From contig OZ024746.1 in the NCBI GenBank assembly GCA_964016885.1, positions 20,708,001 to 20,772,000 on the forward strand: a DNA stretch of 64,000 bases. The letters are read 5' to 3'. Below the pieces are notes generated by a model. It saw only the letters and a program-made list of their open reading frames with translations, was not told the DNA's origin and searched no databases. The position numbers and the translations under genes were made by a program. Positions 1 to 13,690 of the stretch are shown here, piece after piece; within the stretch, counting starts at the first letter, position 1; each line of letters begins with the position of its first letter. Source of the DNA: Eledone cirrhosa. Lineage: Eukaryota.

Positions 1-76
<76 letters not shown>

Positions 77-110
77 CACACAGACACAGACACAGACACA
101 CACACACACA
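1..110. repeat. (CA)n microsatellite
   Basis: Direct CA/CAGA run at window start. Confidence 0.98.
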
Positions 111-387
111 TACTCACATACTATATACTTTGTTTTGCCAAGTAGCGATACAATCAATTAAATGAAACTCAGTTTATTGGAACTTATTTTATTCACTCAG
201 TGAACTGAAAGGAAAGTAGACCCCGGAAGAATTCGTGACTGTAAAGACATCAAACTGAATATAATAAAGGAACCATTCAGCTGCTTTACCATTTCTGTCA
301 ACTCTTCCACATTTTTTACCATTCATTTATTGAGATTTATTTCATAAAAAAATGCCAAAGAAATAAAGTCTATATACACGGAATGAC

Positions 388-655
388 ATATATAAACATA
401 TATATCTACGTATGCATATAATAAATGTGTGTGTATCTGTCTAAGTATTTAATATATAAACACATATATCGACATACGCACATAATAAATGTGTATGTAT
501 CTGACCATGTATTTAATATATAAACACATATATCGACATACGCACATAATAAATGTGTATGTGGCTGTCTATGAATTTAATATATAAACATATATATCTA
601 CATACGCACATAAATGTGTATGTATCTGACCATGTATTTAATATAGAAACATATG
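388..655. repeat. Minisatellite, ~64-bp unit x ~4
   Basis: ATATATAAAC...CATACGCACATAATAAATGTGTATG units start at ~388, 452, 516, 580, 641. Confidence 0.9.
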
Positions 656-1280
656 TGTATGTACAATATATTCATACACGATATCAAATCATCTCATTGT
701 TACTATATCCACCAAAGACAATTTCCTCTATTAACCATATATGATATAGAAAACTATGCAAACAAGTGCGCTTTTATTTGTTGCTGAGTGGAATTTCTAA
801 ATTGACTGAGATGTTTAGCTTTGAGAAAGTCTACGTCCCACTGGGATAGAAAATTTGGCAGCGTAAATTTCAATGGGATGAAGAATTACAATTTCAGAAG
901 TGTCAGTTATTTCTTCTTAGTGCCACCTTATTAATGAATGGAATAATTTGATTCTGTGGTTCTTAATAGAATATTATTAATTTAGCCGATCCTTATGAAT
1001 TTTTAGTGTTGGAAAATCATAGAAAATAAAATAAAATAATATATAGATATATAATCCACTAATAGTGTATGTCATTAGTCTTATGAATTTGATTGATTAT
1101 AACCGTTATATTTATCATAGCTCTCATTCCTCTTGCTTAAACATCATTGGCACCACCACATCCACACATCCATCATCCATCTTTTTCTTACTCTTAACAT
1201 TCATCCTCCTGTTCCATCTCTCATCATCACCTTATCCACAACAATATCGCCATCAGTTTTATTATTACTATTATTATTAG

Positions 1281-1502
1281 GGTAATGGATTGGCAGTATC
1301 GGTAGGGCGTCGGACAATATGCTTTGTAGCATAGAGTTACGGCCCTTTATGATTTGAGTTCAAATCCCGCCGAGGTTAGCTTTGCCTTTTCATCCTTACG
1401 GCGTCGATAAAATAAAGTACCAGTCACGCACTGTGGTCGATTTAATCGACTTTCCCCTCCTCCAAAATTGCTGGCCTTGTGCCTATATAAGAAACCATTA
1501 TT
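1281..1502 (+). mobile_element. tRNA-derived SINE, family 1 (Nin/Deu-like core), full length
   Basis: A box TGGCAGTATCGG, B box GAGTTCAAATCC, core GCCTTTTCATCCTTACGGCGTCGATAAAATAAAGTACCAG, GGCCTTGTGCCTA..AGAAAC 3' part, (ATT)n tail; >15 related copies in window. Confidence 0.92.
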
Positions 1503-1968
1503 ATTATGATGATGATGGTGGTGGTGGTGATGAGTATTATGTCCACATTGAGGTAAGTGTTGTACTAAGGTTATTCAGCAACTCTAGTTTTATGGTTGCA
1601 AGACATATTTTCATTTTGCTGTCAGTATCTTTATAACAATATAAATATATATGCTTCCTCGAAGCGCTTTGTATTTCAGAAATGAAATATTTATCTGGAA
1701 GGTTTTTCTATTTTCTGCCTGGTTTCCTTCTAACTACTTCTAGAACTTCTATCTACACGGCTAGTTATTGTCCCGACTCGCCATATTTACAATTTTCAGG
1801 TTGTTTATGTTCATGTGTATTTTTAAATCAACCACGATTAAACAAAATGTTTCTGCCCTGTTGGTTTGATATGTAAGTTTATATCTTTAGAAAATATTAT
1901 AACGTAAAAGTAACTGAATTATTTCTCCTTTTCTCTCCCAGTGCACAAATGTTCCACAACTCTCTATA

Positions 1969-2030
1969 CGAGAGTGAAAAGTTCATAGGATGATCAAGAT
2001 ACTCTCATGGAAGGACCACGTGGAGAGACT
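1969..2030. mobile_element. Mariner-type MITE fragment
   Basis: TA-CGAG..TGAAAAGTTCATAGGATGATCAAGATACTCTCATGGAA matches one end of the element at 50008-50211. Confidence 0.7.
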
Positions 2031-2199
2031 TTAACAGGAATGTTTGACTGTGGTCATAATGAGGATAATTCATTACAATATTACATTGTCGATTATGCGT
2101 ATGAATATCTGTATATCCTAGATGCACAGAAGTTAAAACTGTTTTGTCACTGTATTCAGTAAAAGTTTTAAAGCAGTAAAACATATTATTTGCAGTTAG

Positions 2200-2430
2200 A
2201 AATGTTTATGTCATCATAAATCTACTTGATATAGGCCTTGGCTTGTCGTCCTCTGCTAGCTCTTCCTTGTGTAGGCTTCCACAAAAGAAATTCACTAACA
2301 ATTTTATCTTTAGCTCTTCAGCAATGCCCTGTGAATCTGACTCTATGCTCTTTAATACTGGACGAAAGTTCCCATACAGTCGCTCATTGGGCAAACAATC
2401 TCCTACATTTTTTTTTTATAATAGTTCTAT
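2200..2430 (-). mobile_element. RTE-clade LINE 3' ORF fragment (degenerate)
   Basis: Frameshifted translation PNERLYGN..SSSIKEHRVRFTGHC*RAKDKIVSEFLLWKPTQGRASRGRQAKAYI, typical of the RTE post-RT C-terminus. Confidence 0.75.
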
Positions 2431-2619
2431 TTCTACTTTTAAAACCACATTAGTCAACACGATACTATCAGCAAACAGATAACATCACTAAAACGTCACA
2501 GTCTATGTAACAGATGTAATTTCGAGTCATTTTATCATAGTAAATCAGAAAATAACTACATTGATAAAACCTATATTGTTTTATTTTATAAATTTATTTA
2601 TACAAAAACAAAACACACT

Positions 2620-2785
2620 ATTAAAGGGAACAAAAAAAGGAAATGAAAAAGAATTAAGCAACGAAAGGCGAGGGAGAGACACTACACTCAAGTCTGAGCG
2701 GTATCACAGTCGCGGCCTGCTGACAAAATGGCAAAGGCATTACCGAGGAGAATGGTTAGAGACATCCGCTGTAACAGTCACCGCA
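2620..2785 (-). mobile_element. CRE-like LINE 3' end
   Basis: Minus strand LLQR.SLTIL.GNAFAIL plus GCTCAGACTTGAGTGTAGTGTCT 3' UTR shared with 13455 and 54805 copies. Confidence 0.75.
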
Positions 2786-2965
2786 TGAACAGGACGCCAG
2801 TCCATCGAACGGTTAAAACCTCAGCTACTGCTGGGCATACTGGAAGTAACGTGAAATGAAAATGTTTTGCTGAAGAACACAAAACACAATCCTGCCCAGG
2901 AATCGAACCCACGACATTATAACCGTAAGTCCAACACTCTTACCACTAGGCCACGCACCTCCACG
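2786..2965 (-). mobile_element. tRNA-derived SINE, family 3 (CORE/V-like body)
   Basis: Minus strand GCGTGGCCTAGTGGT (A box), GGGTTCGATTCC (B box), TTCTTCAGCAAAACATTTTCATTTCACGTT, GATGGACTGGCGTCC. Confidence 0.85.
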
Positions 2966-4094
2966 TCACACCCTCTGAAGATCACTGATACCCACTCTTG
3001 TATTAGCTATATAACATAGTAAAAATTCCTGATATTATCCATACACAGACAACTCAGCACATACGTTTATTTAGTAGAATTTCATTCTAATAGCACGACG
3101 TTTGCTAGCTAAAATACCTTTAGCTATCAGTTTATTATGATAATAAATATTTTAGTTATTGTTATTGAAAATGTATAGCATAAAAATTATTTTAGAAGTA
3201 CATTAAAAAATTTAATATTTATAAATATATTGAATATTTAAAATTATAACAGCAAATGTAAGTAAATGTGACAACATAAATAGAAAAACAACTAAAGATT
3301 CGTAAAATTCATTTGATTCCTTTAGGCTGAATTCTTCTAAAAGAGAAGCAGTTTGCAGTAAATTCTAACTATTGAACATAATTTTATATGCATGGAAATG
3401 AGAATATATTATAACTGAGAATAAACTCTAATATAATTCCTGGGAAGTTTTCTCATTGGTTTAAAACTATTTTTATATTTATATATCTATATATCATTTT
3501 TATATTTCTAAAAAAAGTTAAGATAAGAACTTTTAGTTTCACCTTGTTTTAAGGAACGCTTTGTTGTTTGAATTTAATTATCTGAAAGATGCTATTATTT
3601 CCGCAATGAAAGTATTCATATTTGCTGTCTACAAATACAATGAGTAATAATGTTAACTTATATGCGTTTGTCGATATGAAATACTGCCTAGCCATACGAA
3701 AAAAATATAATTGATTTTGTATGATGTATATCGAAGCTAAAATCGATGCAATCAGTATTCTTTGCCAGAGGTATTGTCCAAGTAGCAAAACAACGTATCG
3801 TTTCTGAAAACTCAAAGTAATTAAATATTTCTTTCTTTTGATTCATAAGTTCTGTCTTTTACAGTTGTAGTTTTAAAATTTTATACTGTTTAATGTTTGA
3901 ACAAGAAATAATTTTATATTATGAACAAGAAATAATTTTATATTATGTACAATTATGAGAATATTGATATACAAATAAAGTGTCTGTGTTCCAATAGTTT
4001 TAAGATAAACTTCTCTAGTTTCAGATTAAATCGAAACGAATGCCTAGGGTTAACGGACGGCTTCTTTGTTGTGGAGTAGTTTTGAGAATAAAAA

Positions 4095-4357
4095 TAGAGA
4101 AATATTATGGGTATGTGGTTAGAATGTTTCAGGAAAGAATCGTTGGACAGATTTTACGGGTAAAACCAACCAGCAGGTGAGCCAAAGGTAGACCAGCCGA
4201 GCAAGATGGTTGAATAACATTCATGAGCTTGGCTGGTCTCGCTTTGAGATCCAGCCGGATCAATTGGAGATGGTTGCTTCTGACAAGACTCACTGGAAAG
4301 GGTGTTTGAGGACTACCCCACACAACACTCCTAGGAACGTGGACGAAGAAGAAGATA
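4095..4357 (+). mobile_element. RTE-clade LINE 3' fragment with (GAA)n tail
   Basis: YGYVVRMFQERIVGQILRVKPTSR*AKGRP..RWLNNIHELGWS; same family as 23110-23360. Confidence 0.8.
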
Positions 4358-5890
4358 TTCATTCATTCAAAACAATATGCTTATTCTAAAATAGAAACGT
4401 TGATTTGATATTTTGCTTTTGTTTTAACCCCCTTTTTAAAATCAAACTTAAAATCATAAACACACAGCACACTCTTACACAACACACTCAGAGACATAAA
4501 ATGTATACGATTAGTATCTACAAAGTATATAGCTATAACATTTCATTTACAAGGTATTGTGTGTAATCTATCAGAAAACGCTCGCGTAGTTTGCATCGTA
4601 TTGGAATTGAAACGGATCTCGAGGCAAACTTCAAAACTATATAGCAATACCTGCATCCACAATTGCAGAGAGTTTACATAAGCTCCTGCATGCGAACTCA
4701 CCTACACACACCCATGTATATATGCATACAAGTATATCTCCATTTACAAGTATAAACATTTAAACAAATTATATAAATTTATTATGAAATTGCTAACTTG
4801 TTATTTTTTTAACACTCTGCAAATAACAGCAAATAAATTGAATAAATCAAACAGGAGAAAAACGTGTAAAATCCAAATAAATATAACCATTATCTGTGAA
4901 GATACAATAAAATCGTTGATAATATTAGGGTATATAGTAATAATAAAAAAAACAAACAACAAAACAAAACAAGCAATGCCTATGCAAATATACGCAGTTA
5001 CATCAAGGTATTTCTTAATAACCACAACAGTGTGAAGTATTGTATCAACAAATACAACTCGGAAAAATAATTATCTATAAATAAAATATAATAACTTTGG
5101 AAAAATATCATTCTTTACAAAAATAATAAAGTGATTTAATTACAAAGAAATATTCATATAAAAATTTATTTATTGAAGAATGAAATGAACATATTATTAA
5201 TATATATATACATACAATGTAGATAATTTTATTATCCATATACAAATTTTGGGCAATTTAATCACAATAAAATGAAATATTCAAAAATATCATTATCGGA
5301 AAATACGGAACGGAAATGAAGTTATGAAGGAACACAATATACAAACAATAATCTAATTGTCATTAGGGACAGAATGGAAATGAAATTATCGAGATTTCTC
5401 ATATTAATAACATATATTGAAGCCTTCTAAATAATAATTTATCGAATATAGAACATAATCCATTAAGCTCCTGGATCGAGCACTTATACAGATTAACGAT
5501 TTCAAACTGTGCAATTTATCATCCGGCTCCAAAGCCGATTTAGACATAATTTTCTATATATGTATATGCGTGAATATGTGTATATGTATGCGTTTGTATA
5601 GAGGACATTAGGGTAGATAAAGGACGAGAGGAGAAAAAGTGAGTAATGAATAAGAAAGTATGAAAACAATTGGATCTCGATGAACTATACCTCTGTTCTA
5701 AATATGTAATTCTGCTTAGATATATAGATACATAACTGTAAACTCTACATATGGTCGTACAAACATGTCTGATGTAAACAAATACAGATATCAAGTAAAG
5801 TAATTTGCTTCTGTCTCAACGAATTATCATGTTCTTTAGAATTTTTCTTGCTTTTCTTTATAGTTCAGTTTGTATTATTGACAGAGGAAG

Positions 5891-6070
5891 GACGGTGGAT
5901 TAGCAGTAACCGGTAGAGCGTCGGACACCATGCTTTGCGGCATTTAGTTACTTCAATTCAAACGTTCTGAATTCAAATCCTGTCGAGGTTAGCTTTGCCT
6001 TTCAGCCTTACAGTGTCGATAAAATAAAGTACCAGTAACGCACTGGGGTCGATTTAATCGACTTTCCCCT
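5891..6070 (+). mobile_element. SINE family 1, 3'-truncated
   Basis: A/B boxes plus TTTGCCTTTCAGCCTTACAGTGTCGATAAAATAAAGTACCAG core. Confidence 0.9.
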
Positions 6071-6109
6071 AATCATTAAGGCTTTTAGGTAATTAATTTA
6101 TTGAACAAA

Positions 6110-6310
6110 AGTTATACAATGATGAAAATAGGATAAAAACAGAAAGGGGAAAGAAGGAAGGGGTAAAGATGAGCAGATCTGGTTGTATAAAAGTATTTCC
6201 CCGGAAAATTGCCATTGACACCTCATAGGGGCTGCTGCCGTTCTAATTTTGCAGAAGAGCTCAGCTGTACGGGGTCCGAAGAGACCTGAGGTCTCAACGG
6301 TGACCACTAC
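6110..6310 (-). mobile_element. CRE-like LINE 3' fragment (restriction-like endonuclease tail)
   Basis: VETSGLFGPRTAELFCKI..VSMAIFRGN, homologous to 54805 and 62362 copies. Confidence 0.78.
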
Positions 6311-7557
6311 AAAGAGGATTAATTATTCAGTCAGTATTAGCTAATATCGATTCAAATATTCGTTGTTATTTATTCAAACATAGTTAGCACCTATCATATT
6401 TTTGTATAATAAATATAGTTACAACTTCGTAGAACATGGAATAACGTAACTAGATTATTTATTTATGTATTTAATCAATTTAAACGTCCATATAGAGCTA
6501 ATACGCCATGGCAGACTTCTTACAGTTGAGAAAGAAAACAAATAAGATATAAAGAAATAAGTGAATATAAAAATAAAAAATGAAAATGAAAAAGATAAAT
6601 AAATAGAGAAACCAACTAGAGGGAAAATAAACAGAGAAAATGAAGAAAAATGGGAAGCAAGGGAAGCTGAAAAGCAGCTAGAAGGTTCTGTTGTAGAATG
6701 TTTTTGTATATACCCGTGCATTTCATTAAATAAGTTTATGGCATAACGTATATCATTTAACGATTATCATTTTACTCGATAAGGTATTACAAAAATCCAA
6801 TATATATTATTAGGGTCAACTGATTTGATTCAGTAAATAAATATTAGTTACATACTACGAGCGATTCAATTAACTATAACCCTCTCTGGAAATATTGAGT
6901 TTGAGTGTTATCAAGAGAAGCCAATGTTTTATATTGTATATAACTTGTATCTTCTGTATATAAAGATATTTGTTAAAATATATTTGCTTTGTAATATGCA
7001 AAGTTACACAATATATATGACAACACTAATTTGTTTACTGTTTAACATGAATGGCATCATCGATAAAGTTAAGTAATTTCTTCTCTAAAATATGTATAAA
7101 TTCATGTCTACTCATGTACACTGCTGTACAACTAATAAGTTATTCTCTCAGCATTACGTCGGTCAGTGAAGTAAACCAATGCTTCATTAAGTAAACCAAT
7201 ACTTCATTAAGATGGTCTAATAATACCGAAAACTGTTCGGCGACTGCCGTACTTACTGGAATAATATTAAAGAATAACGGACTAATATTTTTTAATTTTT
7301 AAAAACTATATTTTTTGTTTTAAAAAAATAAACAGTGACCAGGAAAGACAATCTTCGATTTCTCCGAAGTTTCCCCCCACAGCTTCCCCCTGATATTGGA
7401 TGGTAAATCAGAAATATTGGGACTAATAAATTAATAAGATAACAACCAGTCATTCTTGTTCTTTTCCCACTCTTTGTGTTCTACCTCACCTCTTTTAATT
7501 CCCATCCGTCTTTGTTGCCTTGGTATTTCAAACCCACTTGAACATACTCACTTTTCA

Positions 7558-7612
<55 letters not shown>

Positions 7613-8319
7613 TTGGACACTACCGTAAACTCTTGGTAGATTTATCTACATATATATATATATATATATATATATGCAAATAAGACTGTTGATTGCACTA
7701 ATCTGTAAACAAAACACCTAGAGAATACCGTCAACCAGTTGCTGACATGCCCTCATAATTCCCGTAAAACAAACCCTAAACTCGAATTCCTATATTCTAT
7801 AAGTCAACCAAAAACCCTCACCAGCCACTGGCATGGAGAAGACAGGTGTTATTAAACTGCAGTTGTCATATTGCGTAGTTTCAGTATAATAAAACTATTA
7901 TTATAGAGAGTGACTACAAACCCATTACGTAGCAGGTCGTACTTCACTCTTTCCTTACGTCTTTGAACTTAAAAAAAACGAACCACCGAGACAAAACAAG
8001 CCTTAAAAGCATTTAATCTAATGGCGGATATCGTGTATCGGGAATCTGGCATCAGAAAAGCTATAGCCCAAACAACATGAAAATAACCATACTATTATTG
8101 AAATAAATGAAATGATCAAATAGATGAATATCATATAAACACAATATTCAAATAGCAATATAAAATTAAGCAAATACTTCAAATCGCATTATATATATAT
8201 ATATATGTATATGTGTGTGTGTATATGTGTATGTATGTTTGTGTGTGTATATATATAAACACACACACACGCACATATATATATATACATATATTCAAAC
8301 ATATGCAAACATATACACA

Positions 8320-8362
<43 letters not shown>

Positions 8363-9664
8363 GCTATATCTAAAAATACACAAATAAGGTTAAAACAGGA
8401 AAATGGAGATTTTACAAAAGTAAACTGACTGGAATATCTTATGTACGTCTATTCCCAGTAAAATCAGTTTACTATATGGCAAATATGCTTTTTTCTTATC
8501 ATTTATTTTATTAGCTGTGTATAAATTTGAAATATAAAAAATGTACATACAGGAAAACGTATGATACACTATTTACAAAGAAGAGAATAAAAAGTTCTAA
8601 GGAATGGAATGAAGTGTTTCATTATTGAGAATACACTAATCAGGCTAGTGAGGCCACCGAGAAGGATTATAGAAACAAACTCTCATCCTTTTCATGGTGG
8701 AGCACTTTATGCAAAGTAATTTGCATTTTATTTACAAATTTAAAAATATTTTCTAAAAATGTTACAGCAGATGGTATAAATAAATAAATAAATAAAGAAA
8801 TGAAAAAACAAATAAAGAAAGAAAGAAAAAAGAAAGAACCCTGGTCATTGGGTCAAGCATGCACCCCCATCCTCCCAACCAGAGCTTTATTGCAAACTTC
8901 AAAGGGCTCGGAACGCCAATCCCAAGGAGCAAAGAAAAAGAGAAAGAACTCTGGTCAATTGGTCAGATACCACGTACATCCACATGGTCAAATACCGCCC
9001 TCAGCCATAGCACCAGATTTGAAGCAGTTTCTTTAAGATGTCTCACGCAGTGAATTGCTAATCACAATCTTCGCTGAGCTGTCGTCTCAGTTAACTTTAG
9101 TAGACCATTATAAAGTTCTGTATTTGTTGTGTGGCTCTTGCAATATTGTGAGGTTATAGTATATTAATATATTATACACATTATATTATATACATATCAT
9201 TAAACTATGATATTGCTTCGATAACAGATTCCGGTAAAAATAAAATAAGAATTGTCTCACGTTGTAACCAATTATAAGACATATAAACCGTTGTAATACC
9301 AGACAAATATATCATCAGTGCTGAACTTACCGATGAACTAAATAAGTTATAGTTTAGGGTTAAACACCCTCAGAGGCCTAGTGTTTTAAGATGTTTTTAT
9401 TTTATCATTATTTCAAATTCTTTAACACTAAATCATCAAAATCGTATATATATATATATGAAATTTATTCTTTATCATTAACATTGATATAAAATAATAG
9501 TCATGTATAATCTTTTTAGAGAAGGGCCTCAAATTTCATATAGTTTAGGTGAAAGACCGGCCCTGGGTATATCATGTACACTATATATGATCTATTTCTA
9601 TATAAAACATCAGTTGATTTAGCAAGAAATTACAATATGAGTTGAAAGAAGAAGAAAAAGAAAG

Positions 9665-9960
9665 TCCCGTAATTTCTGTTGGAGTCGTAGAGCCGCTCTT
9701 GTGGCATAGGGTGTTCTTGGGCATTTTAAACCTGGTGGAGCCCATCCCTTCCCGGGTTTGAACATGGCAGATTTCTTCCAGAGAGTGATTGAGCGGGAGA
9801 GAGAAAGAGATATAGAGGAAGAATCGATTCCACTACTTCACTGCTACTTTTTTTATCGACTTCGAAAGGGTGAAAGGTAAAGTTGACATCGGTGGGATTT
9901 GAACTCAGAGAACAGCGAGCCGGAACAAATACCACAAAAAATTCTATCCGACGTTTTTAC
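9665..9960 (-). mobile_element. SINE family 2 (tRNA head + Nin-like core + distinct ~170-bp tail)
   Basis: B box and core as family 1, then TCTTCCTCTATATCTCTTTCTC..CTGGAAGAAATCTGC..GATGGGCTC..TTTAAAATGCC..ACGACTCC..TTACGG; matches 30118, 44345, 47535. Confidence 0.88.
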
Positions 9961-10616
9961 CACTCTGATATACATTATTAGTAAATTGATAAAATGCAAA
10001 TTAATTTGTTATAAACAGAACTCACGAAAAATAGAAAGCATTTTAGTCAGCGTAAAATTTTACTTTAATGGTAGAATAATATATAATATATTTAATGATG
10101 AATTCATGTGTGTGTTTTCTCCCTTTCTTCTATCAGCTCCATTATATATTTGATTTGCTATTCGAAAGTCAATATTTATATTTCTTTGCAAAAGTAAAGA
10201 TTTAGCCTAAGTAAACGGACGTACTGTCTCTCTTTTAAAAAAATATTTATAGAATAATGATTAAGATAAGTTTGAGATAAGTTTGTGGAAACAAGTTTTA
10301 CTTTTATTACTTTAGTATATGCAAATAAATAAGAAAATACTGGAAAATGGCGAATCAACGCAAGCTATTATTCAATTATTGAAATGCATTTTACTGAACG
10401 AAAAGACAAGTATGGCGACAATTTTGCTTCCATTATTCTTCTATGGAATCCTTATATATTTACCTTCTCTTTCTAGTGTCTATTTATATATCTCTTTTAC
10501 CTAACCAGATACATATAAAATATAAGATAATATCAAAAGTTATCAGATAAAACGTATTTCTAAGTATAGTTGCGAGCCAAATTATTCAAAACGCAATTTT
10601 TATATTATATATTATA

Positions 10617-10742
10617 GGTTGTGGATTGGCAGTATCGGTAGAGCGTTAACTTTGCCTTTCATCCTTACGGGGTCGATAAAATAAAGTACCAGTAATGCAC
10701 TAGGTAATTGCTGGCCTTGTGCCAAAAGTAGAAACAATTATA
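10617..10742 (+). mobile_element. SINE family 1, internally deleted, short-tail variant
   Basis: A box joined directly to GTTAACTTTGCCTTTCATCC (B box lost). Confidence 0.88.
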
Positions 10743-11072
10743 TTATATTATATTATATTATATTTGTAGACATATAATATTCGAGGAAGGGACTGTACTT
10801 TTAGCTTTCGCCAACCATCCGATGCAGTTCAATTTCCTGAAGAATGAAAACAGGAAAAACAAAAAAAGTAAGATTAGTTTCAAGTAATGAGATGTGAAAA
10901 TCTGCTGGGTCTAGATGGAAGTAAAATCAACACAATTGAAAGGTTAATGGATCAGATAATCATATTCGTAAAATGTCTTTTGGATGTTGAAAATCAAAAA
11001 TGTATAATAATATTGTACACACGCACGCGTACACTCACATATACACATAAATACATACGCACACACGAATAT

Positions 11073-11519
11073 ACTAGACCTGAAACATGCGCAAGCTCAA
11101 AAGAGCCACAGGATGTTATAATAAACCTTCAAAAGTGTGGGACTAGAGTTGTTGCTCAAAAATATTGTAATCATTATCTAACGTACACTCTGTGGCATCC
11201 TTTTATAAAAAAGCGACTCATAACGAACTCAAGACGACGCGATAATTATTTAAGCTAATGTTCAATATCTCATATTAGATGTTTAGTAATGATTAATACG
11301 AAATGCACTTAAACCGAATTCTATATTATAAATTCACTTAAATAATTATCGTGTCGTCTTTTGTTCGTTATAAGTCTCTTTTTTTATAAAAGGATGCCAC
11401 AGAGTGTACGATAGATAATGATTACAATATTTTTGAGCAACAACTCTAGTCCCAAAATTTTGAAGGTTTATTATAACATTCTGTGGCTCTTTTGAGCTTG
11501 CGCATTTTTCGGGTTTAGT
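11073..11519. mobile_element. Foldback/MITE-like element with ~180-bp inverted arms
   Basis: ~11073-11254 is the reverse complement of ~11337-11519 with scattered mismatches; ~80-bp spacer. Confidence 0.85.
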
Positions 11520-13454
11520 TTAATATCTTTTTTAAGGCAACGCTTGTAATAACTCTAGTTAAACATGATATATATTAATAATAAATTATCGTTGTAATGT
11601 AATTAGATTATATAATTGTTATTTTATAAATGATCTTATAAATATTATTGTAAGATGTATAAAAATATTTTCAGACTTTTAATATAAACAACTTCAAAAA
11701 ACAATAAATATTAAATAAATATATTTTACATAATAATTGTTATAGTTGAATTAATAAAAATTAAATATTACATACAAATAGTCTAACATAATAATAAAAA
11801 AAATAATCTAACATAATAATAATAAAATAATCTAACATAAAACGAACAATAATATGGACATATATACAAGTAAATATGATACAACCAATATTCTGAAAAT
11901 GATACAACCGAACTGAAAAAAAAATAGTTAATATAAATAAAAAAAATCATATATAAATTAACAATATAACTTACCAAAACGAGAAAAATATTTTGATGAT
12001 AAAACGACAAAATACAGGAGAGAGATTCGAAAGCGAAACGATAAATAAACGTGCAAACAAAACGCTTTTGAGCAACAATTACTCTCGTTGGTTGATTAGC
12101 CAATAAGACGATGAAATTAGCCAATAAGACGATACATTACAAAACATGTTTGGAAGGAATCGCCACGGCCAGCGATACCCCTTGAATCTTTTATTCACAA
12201 GCTACACATATATTGTCAGACAACATGCAGAATTAAAACATTCTGTTGTTAGTCACTGCGTGTCTAACAGATACACAACAAACAAGAATACATAGTCGAT
12301 GGCCGCTTGTATTCGCGATCGTATTATTTCGGTCATTATCCAAGCTTCCTGACCTCGGCAGGATTTGAGCACAGAATGTAAAAAGACGTAACTATATATC
12401 ACAAATCATGTTGTCCTACGCTTTACCGATACTTCCAATCCATCGCCTTCAATATGTTGCATAATAAATACGAGATCATTAGAGCTAGAACCAACCGAAT
12501 GATGAATGTGGATCAGGTCGATACTTTTATTTGTATAACTAGTGTTCTGTACCTATGAATTGACTATCTCTGCGATAGCTCCGCTGAAGCACACTGTGTG
12601 GGATAGTATAACAGCAACGTTACAACCCATCACAAAAGTGAATATGTTTAAATTGAATGCAAATATATGGCACTTCCGACAAATTCTGAATATGCTAGCA
12701 TCGCATTCTTTAACTGAATTTCACTAGTGATATATTATATACACCAAAGATCTCAGCTATACAGAGGAGTAAAAATATAATTATGCAATGTACATCACTT
12801 TCTCAAGTGTATTAGCAACATGAACCGTATACACACACATTCATAGATTTTCTGCCAATACCTGACCGGTTGTTGTCTGAAGTAAATATCCATCATGAAT
12901 GTAGAAAATTTTAATTTATTTTAATGTAATTCGACATTTCATATGTAATAGTGTACGTATGTATAGAAAATGTTGAGTTGTATCCACGCCGTATTCTTGG
13001 AGCAAATATGTCAACAATTTGGTTTCACAGGAATAGATATCTGTCACAGGAATTAGCAAAAATACTTTTTGAATACATTGAAAGGAAAATAGTATTCATC
13101 GTGTTAACATATCTGAGAAATTCAATTCTAACCCAACAGAATTCTTTGATACTTTGCATTCATACACCAACGCATGCATAATTACATGCATTTATGAATA
13201 CAAACAGACGTCCATACATAGACAGCTATATCTGGCAACGTTCGAGAGAAAACAATACTGACGTAAGCGAATATTCTTTGCTGTATCAAAAATTACACCT
13301 CCAAAATTTGTATAAAGTCTGTTTGGTTCTAAATCAAATGAAACCAATCTTTAATATACGATGTAAAATATCAATGGAAACAATAGCGTTGAAATTCGAG
13401 ATAAATATAGAAACATTAATAACTAAAGAATATGGATTTATAAATCAGTTAGTT

Positions 13455-13690
13455 ATTCGGCAAAAATGGCCGCCCACCTAAGGAAGGAGCCTTGTGTGGC
13501 GAAGTGGTGATTGCAAAGGGTATCGTTGGCTGTTCTCCGTGACAATACCTACGCCATTTTGTCTGCAAGACGCAGCTGAGAGATACCGCTCTGAATAGGG
13601 TGTAGAGTCTGCGCTCCCCACTCTTCCTTTCCTTTCGTTGTTTAATTTCTTCTTCCGTTTTATCTAATTCTCTTTTCTTGTATTCTTCAT
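13455..13690 (+). mobile_element. CRE-like LINE 3' end
   Basis: KEP..W*LQRVSLAVLRDNTYAILSARRS* then GATACCGCTCTGAATAGGGTGTAG and a pyrimidine-rich tail. Confidence 0.78.

Noticed and set aside
388-655. CRISPR-like periodicity (also 19679-19962)
   Set aside because: Head-to-tail units with no unique spacers, eukaryotic context, no cas genes.
1545-1990. Apparent GTAAGT donor and polypyrimidine-CAG acceptor
   Set aside because: Flanking exons would be SINE tail and MITE sequence with no credible reading frame.
3540-3815. Possible minus-strand exon(s)
   Set aside because: All frames between the candidate splice sites contain stops.
8640-9050. Possible LINE 3' UTR (also 60560-60880)
   Set aside because: Looks repeat-derived, but no diagnostic motif or second copy in the window supports a call.
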